Position numbers and translations under genes: made by a program. Below the pieces are notes generated by a model. It was given only the letters and a program-made list of their open reading frames with translations, did no database searches and had not been told where the DNA came from. A stretch of 12,088 bases of DNA from the IMG/VR virus record IMGVR_UViG_2529292720_000001. One strand, written 5' to 3'. Of the stretch, positions 8,773 to 12,088 are shown piece after piece. Position 1 is the stretch's first letter. Every line of letters begins with the position of its first letter. This stretch comes from a virus (Monodnaviria > Loebvirae > Hofneiviricota > Faserviricetes > Tubulavirales > Inoviridae).

Positions 8773-8939
8773 GTATCGCCTCAGAGAACAATTTTGTGAC
8801 CAGAAAGCCTGTCAAGAGCTTATTAGTACCAATTCAGTCACACAAATGTACAACCCAAGATCTTACCTCTCAAGTGATTTTGTACTGGATAAGTGACATA
8901 TTTGTTCTTTTGAAATGGAGCAAAAAAGTAGGATATAGA
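8773..8939. promoter_or_regulatory. divergent control region between rep and repressor (candidate promoters/operators, possibly replication origin)
   Basis: 167-bp intergenic region. On the minus strand there is a perfect -35 hexamer TTGACA (plus 8810-8815), about 40 nt upstream of the rep ATG, with only a weak -10 candidate. GTGAC/GTCAC half-sites recur (TGTGAC at 8795-8800, GTCACA at 8837-8842, GTGACA at 8893-8898), and TTTGT(G/A)AC-like motifs recur at about 8792, 8846 and 8878. Confidence 0.45.
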
Positions 8940-9392
8940 ATGAGCAACAACTTCAACAGTAATGGCTACCCGGAAGAAATGGCAGAAGACATAGACTTAC
9001 AGCGGGCAGAAAGGATAAAAAAAGCGATCCTAAGCAAATTCACATACGAAAGGATGGAAGAACTGTCTGGCATCAACATTGGCACACTGAAACGGATCGC
9101 AAACGCACAGAGGGATGCGAAAATCAGTGAGCTGGAAAAAATTGCTGAAATCACTCAGACAGACATATTTGAACTGATTTTTGGCTCCAGTAGCAGTGAT
9201 ATCTACGATTCCAGCAAACGCTTCTTTGAGACGAGAAGTAAAGATGCGGCTCAGGCGGCTCAATTCATCATCTACAATCTTCGTACCCTTGATGATGAGG
9301 ACATCCTTTGTTTGGGGAGGGTTTCGAGTGCCTTGCAAACAGCAACAACATCAAGAAAATGGGATGAGCTTTTCGGGAAGAAGAAAGGCTGA
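8940..9392 (+). CDS. XRE-family helix-turn-helix transcriptional regulator (phage repressor candidate)
   Basis: ATG at 8940 preceded by AGGA (6-7 nt spacer); the ORF-track start at 8796 is an unsupported upstream extension. 150 aa with a predicted HTH (MEELSGINIGTLKRIANAQRDAKISELEKIAEITQTDIFEL). Divergent from rep. Confidence 0.75.
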   Translation: MSNNFNSNGYPEEMAEDIDLQRAERIKKAILSKFTYERMEELSGINIGTLKRIANAQRDAKISELEKIAEITQTDIFELIFGSSSSDIYDSSKRFFETRSKDAAQAAQFIIYNLRTLDDEDILCLGRVSSALQTATTSRKWDELFGKKKG

Positions 9393-9438
9393 GTCTCAGA
9401 AATGAGACAAACGTGCAGTATTACCAACACTGCACGTT
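9393..9438 (+). repeat. two adjacent stem-loops right after the repressor stop (6-bp GTCTCA/TGAGAC hairpin, then a perfect 10-bp inverted repeat AACGTGCAGT-N9-ACTGCACGTT)
   Basis: Read directly from the sequence (9393-9408 and 9410-9438). No immediate U-tract follows; ATTTTT lies about 13 nt downstream. It could be a terminator or attenuator, or a phage cis element. Confidence 0.5.
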
Positions 9439-9476
9439 CTGGATTGAGCGATTTTTAAACACCAGAAAAAGGGTAA

Positions 9477-9875
9477 ATGATGAACAAAACAGTGTATGTA
9501 CCAAGCTACTTCCAGCCTATCTACAAAGAAGTAACCATCAAAGTTCCTACCGGAAACACAAAACGATTCCTGGGTCTCATCGACATTGAAGAAAAAATCC
9601 GAAAAAGAGAAGTTATTCAGGATGGCTGGTCTGATTGCCAGATTGACGGGGAAAGACTCAATGAAGATGTTGGTCGAGCCATTAATAAACTTAATCGGGA
9701 AGGGTATGAGGTTATTTCAATAACCCCTGCTACCTCAGGAAGCTGGGCTTATAAATATAAACAAAACAGTATTCGTAATGGAAACGGTGATGGCAGTTAT
9801 GGATATGGTTACGGTTATTCATACACCGAAGGCGTTATGATTCTGGCAAAGAAAATTGAGAAAGAGGACGTCTGA
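9477..9875 (+). CDS. hypothetical soluble protein (131-132 aa) with a Gly/Tyr-rich low-complexity insert; first gene of the accessory operon
   Basis: ORF with tandem ATGs at 9477 and 9480; AAGGG lies 3 and 6 nt upstream, so 9480 is the more likely start. It contains NGNGDGSYGYGYGYSYTEG. The 60-nt sample counted just downstream (9878-9937, start of the next gene) is about 33% GC. The stop is 2 nt before the next gene start. Confidence 0.6.
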   Translation: MMNKTVYVPSYFQPIYKEVTIKVPTGNTKRFLGLIDIEEKIRKREVIQDGWSDCQIDGERLNEDVGRAINKLNREGYEVISITPATSGSWAYKYKQNSIRNGNGDGSYGYGYGYSYTEGVMILAKKIEKEDV

Positions 9876-9877
9876 TA

Positions 9878-10240
9878 ATGGATTTTATCCGTAAAACTTT
9901 GGGTGGATTAAAAGCAAGTTATTATATCCGTCACTTCGTTTTTGGTGCATTAATTTCAACTTTCTTTATTTACATGTCAATGCAAAATCCTGGAGGGGTG
10001 AAGGTTGAAAATATAATTTTCTTTTTTATCAATGCGTTACTCTACCCTTACGCAAGGTTTGTATATGAGCAAATCATTGGGTTCATCATGGGTGAAAATG
10101 TCTTTTTCATCAACGTCATAGTGATGCTAACTGCCAAGATAATTACGATGTGTTTATGCTGGATATTTTCAGTATTCATAGCGCCAGTTGGACTGATATA
10201 TCTCTACTATTATCATTCAAAAGCTGATAAACAATTATAG
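9878..10240 (+). CDS. hypothetical small integral membrane protein (120 aa, 3-4 predicted TM helices)
   Basis: Translationally coupled to the upstream ORF (TGATAATG). Hydrophobic stretches: IRHFVFGALISTFFIYMSM, NIIFFFINALLYPYARFVY, VFFINVIVMLTAKIITMCLCWIFSVFIAPVGLIYLYYY. AT-rich. Confidence 0.6.
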   Translation: MDFIRKTLGGLKASYYIRHFVFGALISTFFIYMSMQNPGGVKVENIIFFFINALLYPYARFVYEQIIGFIMGENVFFINVIVMLTAKIITMCLCWIFSVFIAPVGLIYLYYYHSKADKQL

Positions 10241-10251
10241 AGGAAAATAAT

Positions 10252-10320
10252 ATGAGCATGGAAACAGGGGTTGCTATTATTATCTTGCTTGTGATTGTTG
10301 GTAAACTTATAGGACTTTAA
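10252..10320 (+). CDS. candidate 22-aa hydrophobic micropeptide (MSMETGVAIIILLVIVGKLIGL), not in the ORF track
   Basis: ATG at 10252 preceded by AGGAAA with a 7-nt spacer, starting 12 nt after the stop of the membrane-protein gene. It encodes a single TM helix and has a TAA stop at 10318-10320. The bidirectional terminator follows about 40 nt downstream. Confidence 0.35.
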   Translation: MSMETGVAIIILLVIVGKLIGL

Positions 10321-10353
10321 CATAAAACTGGTTCGCACAATGACGTTATGTGT

Positions 10354-10394
10354 AAAAAGGCCGCTGCGGGAGACATTTTAGCAGCGACCTTTTC
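10354..10394. terminator. bidirectional intrinsic terminator between the prophage plus-strand operon and hipA
   Basis: 9-bp stem GGCCGCTGC / GCAGCGACC (10359-10367 and 10381-10389) with a 13-nt loop. On the minus-strand RNA every position pairs (one G-U wobble) and UUUUU follows (plus AAAAA at 10354-10358). On the plus-strand RNA there is one C-A mismatch, followed by UUUU (10390-10393). Confidence 0.6.
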
Positions 10395-10395
10395 A

Positions 10396-10423
10396 ACATA
10401 ACGAGTCGTACATTATGCGCACC
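10396..10423 (-). other. hybrid dif-like site (prophage-chromosome junction; XerC arm intact, central region and XerD side phage-derived)
   Basis: The minus strand reads GGTGCGCATAA-TGTACGACTCGTTATGT. The XerC arm is identical to dif and the central region shares its first 4 bp, but the XerD arm is replaced. A XerD-arm-like TTATGTTGAAA (8/11 match to TTATGTTAAAT) is displaced by 5 bp, giving an ~11-bp spacer. Confidence 0.8.
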
Positions 10424-10499
10424 AGTGTAAACCAAGGAAGAATCCAGTCGTTGGCGGTCATGATTGTCGTGCTCATTAACAACGACCAAACCCCATATC

Positions 10500-11822
10500 T
10501 CACTTACTACCGTATTCTCGGCTTAACCGTCCATGCAACCTCAACACATTGGTTTCAACTGCCGTCACCACGTTCTCCGGAAAATCTGTCGGTAATGAAG
10601 TCTTCACGTTATCCAGTGCTGCCGGAATCATTCTGGCAAAGTCACTTAGGATTTCATGCATCTGCACTTCCGGGAATCTCAGCACCTTTGCTGTCGCCAA
10701 AAAATGTCGCGGATAAATTTTATCGATTGCCGTTTTTTTGCCTTTGGATGCGTTAAGCCCCATTGCCAGTTTGAGATCGCTGATGTGTATTCCCGTACCG
10801 CCAAGGACCGGAAATGCTGAAATGATGTCGTAAAATGGCGTGAGTCGATAACTGCCGCCAGCCTGAATAAATACGGAGAAGTTTTTTGCATGGCCATCCG
10901 TTGCGCCAATCAACCACTGGAAGACCTGGAATTTCATAAAATCATAACGATCGCGAAGCGCCTCGCTGGACCCCATCAAAAACGCCATGATCCGCGCGAT
11001 GCCTGGGCCTCCATCTGATTCATATTTCACAGATGAAGGTAAACCGAATGTCTGACACATATCCTCCTGTGGCAAGCGAAGTAAAACCGTTCGCTCAGTA
11101 TTCCAACGCCTGTCAAAACGTTCGACCGCTAACGCGCGCACCCTTCCCGCTTTAATGATTTCTGCGTCCGGAACATTCAACCCAAGTTCTTTCGCCAGCA
11201 GCAGACAGTAATACTCATTATCAACGCTTTGGCTGAGATCGAGCGTCGCATTGGGCTGCCTGATTTCGCCAATCGGTAATTTAATGATGTGCGTCGTCGG
11301 CGTTATTCCTTTCGGAATGCACCAGTCATTGCCTATTCTAAGCAGCGCTGTCTTCTCCTGCGCGCCAGCAACCGAGATGCGAAAGTCATTTTCTTCTCTA
11401 ATCATGCCCAGAGGGATATCTGCTTTATAAGCCGTTAATACTTCTTCAAGCCTGGCTTCAGTAAGCTTTTCCCATGCCATTATCGGGCGCGTTATGGTTT
11501 CATTTTCGGGTAATAACGTTACGGCACCAACGCTGTCTCGCCCTATTTCTGACAATAAATCAAACGGTTGTCTGGATTTAGCATGATAACGTTTAACGAT
11601 CCGGTCACGTACAATCGGGCTATCGGGTAACAGGTTATCGAAGAAGTTAAATACGGCATCTGAGGTGATATTCCCCCTCTGCAATGGCAGCGAAAGTGAC
11701 AACGGTCTGGCATAACGGCTGGCTAACCACTCCGGTGCATACTTAAAGGTGTGCGCGCCGTTGGCTAACTTCGTTAACTCGCCTACCCGCTGGTTGTTCA
11801 TCCAAGTGACAAGTTTAGGCAT
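10500..11822 (-). CDS. hipA: serine/threonine kinase toxin HipA
   Basis: The translation from the ATG at 11820-11822 (MPKLVTWMNNQRVGELTKLANGAHTFKYAPEW...REYGSK, 440 aa) matches E. coli HipA as I recall it. The 459-aa ORF-track version is an in-frame upstream extension into hipB. The hipB stop and hipA start overlap (TAATG). Confidence 0.95.
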   Translation of the reverse strand: MPKLVTWMNNQRVGELTKLANGAHTFKYAPEWLASRYARPLSLSLPLQRGNITSDAVFNFFDNLLPDSPIVRDRIVKRYHAKSRQPFDLLSEIGRDSVGAVTLLPENETITRPIMAWEKLTEARLEEVLTAYKADIPLGMIREENDFRISVAGAQEKTALLRIGNDWCIPKGITPTTHIIKLPIGEIRQPNATLDLSQSVDNEYYCLLLAKELGLNVPDAEIIKAGRVRALAVERFDRRWNTERTVLLRLPQEDMCQTFGLPSSVKYESDGGPGIARIMAFLMGSSEALRDRYDFMKFQVFQWLIGATDGHAKNFSVFIQAGGSYRLTPFYDIISAFPVLGGTGIHISDLKLAMGLNASKGKKTAIDKIYPRHFLATAKVLRFPEVQMHEILSDFARMIPAALDNVKTSLPTDFPENVVTAVETNVLRLHGRLSREYGSK

Positions 11823-12088
11823 TACCACTCCAGATCTTGCTGTTCTGTTGATTCTGGCGAGGCATTTTTCGTGTCGCATAGTGTCATTGAGAGTTCAAGC
11901 GACTGTAAAATCTTAAAAAATGTCGTGAGCGTGGTATTGTCAGGGTTGTTTTCGAAATTGGAAATTGTCGCCTGCTTAATGCCAATTTTTTTCGCCAGCT
12001 CGCTCTGCGTCCAGCCATTTTGCTGGCGAACCAGTTTCATTGCATTCGCCAATTGCGTTGGGCTATAGATCTTCTGAAAGCTCATCAT
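11822..12088 (-). CDS. hipB: HipB antitoxin / HTH transcriptional repressor
   Basis: 88 aa (MMSFQKIYSPTQLANAMKLVRQQNGWTQSELAKKIGIKQATISNFENNPDNTTL...) matching E. coli HipB as I recall it. The start codon is the last 3 nt of the window. It overlaps hipA by 1 nt. Confidence 0.95.
   Translation of the reverse strand: MMSFQKIYSPTQLANAMKLVRQQNGWTQSELAKKIGIKQATISNFENNPDNTTLTTFFKILQSLELSMTLCDTKNASPESTEQQDLEW

Larger units (their letters stand above)
1547..10423. mobile_element. integrated filamentous prophage (Inovirus, Ff-like gene order with own secretin) bounded by dif and a hybrid dif-like site; XerCD-dependent integrative element (IMEX)
   Basis: A 16-bp direct repeat TACATTATGCGCACCA occurs at 1560-1575 and 10409-10424 as part of a full dif (left) and a hybrid dif-like site (right). 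The interval contains rep, ssb, major coat, pIII-like, pVI-like, Zot/pI, pIV secretin and a divergent HTH repressor, with no integrase inside. GC content is visibly lower than in hipA (about 33% in a 60-nt sample at 9878-9937 versus about 50% in hipA). Confidence 0.85.

Noticed and set aside
8796-8939. Upstream 48-codon extension of the HTH regulator ORF
   Set aside because: It runs through the divergent control region and has no RBS, whereas the ATG at 8940 has AGGA at proper spacing.
3721-9405. Assorted short overlapping ORFs inside phage genes (3721-3921, 4107-4298, 4763-5095, 5258-5557, 6483-6674, 6981-7217, 8069-8251, 8633-8896, 8966-9154, 9030-9338, 9181-9405)
   Set aside because: All lie within or antisense to better-supported genes and lack independent start signals.
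10415-10909. Plus-strand 113-aa ORF (10415-10756) and minus-strand 76-aa ORF (10679-10909) overlapping hipA
   Set aside because: Both are embedded in or out of frame with the well-supported hipA gene; shadow ORFs.
10500-11879. 459-aa ORF-track version of hipA
   Set aside because: It is an in-frame upstream extension into hipB; the HipA N-terminus begins at MPKLVTW (ATG at 11820-11822), overlapping the hipB stop.
11871-12068. Plus-strand 65-aa ORF antisense to hipB
   Set aside because: Lies entirely within hipB on the opposite strand with no translation signal.
1-12088. CRISPR arrays, tRNA or rRNA genes, IS elements
   Set aside because: No regularly spaced direct repeats, no tRNA-like or rRNA-like segments and no transposase-like ORFs were found on inspection; integration is at dif, not at a tRNA.

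Overview
This window looks like an Escherichia coli chromosome terminus region carrying an ~8.8 kb filamentous (inovirus) prophage integrated at dif, immediately downstream of the hipBA toxin-antitoxin operon. The right end holds hipB (11822-12088) and hipA (10500-11822) on the minus strand; the translations match my recollection of K-12 HipB/HipA. An exact 28-bp dif site sits at 1547-1574, and a hybrid dif-like site (intact XerC arm, diverged XerD side) sits at 10396-10423, 76 bp from the hipA stop. Between them is a complete Ff-like gene set on the minus strand: replication initiator, ssDNA-binding protein, small membrane protein, major coat protein, pIII-like adsorption protein, pVI-like protein, Zot/pI assembly ATPase and pIV secretin. 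A divergent XRE-type repressor follows on the plus strand, with no integrase inside the element, which fits XerCD-mediated (CTXphi-type) integration. The most interesting cargo is an AT-rich plus-strand operon next to the att site (a ~131-aa soluble protein, a 120-aa multi-pass membrane protein, and a 22-aa hydrophobic micropeptide absent from the ORF track), plus two small convergent ORFs at the other end. Left of dif, outside the prophage, is a large tyrosine recombinase gene (1-1455). No rRNA, tRNA or CRISPR array was seen. All calls rest on reading the sequence and on recalled family features; no database search was run.
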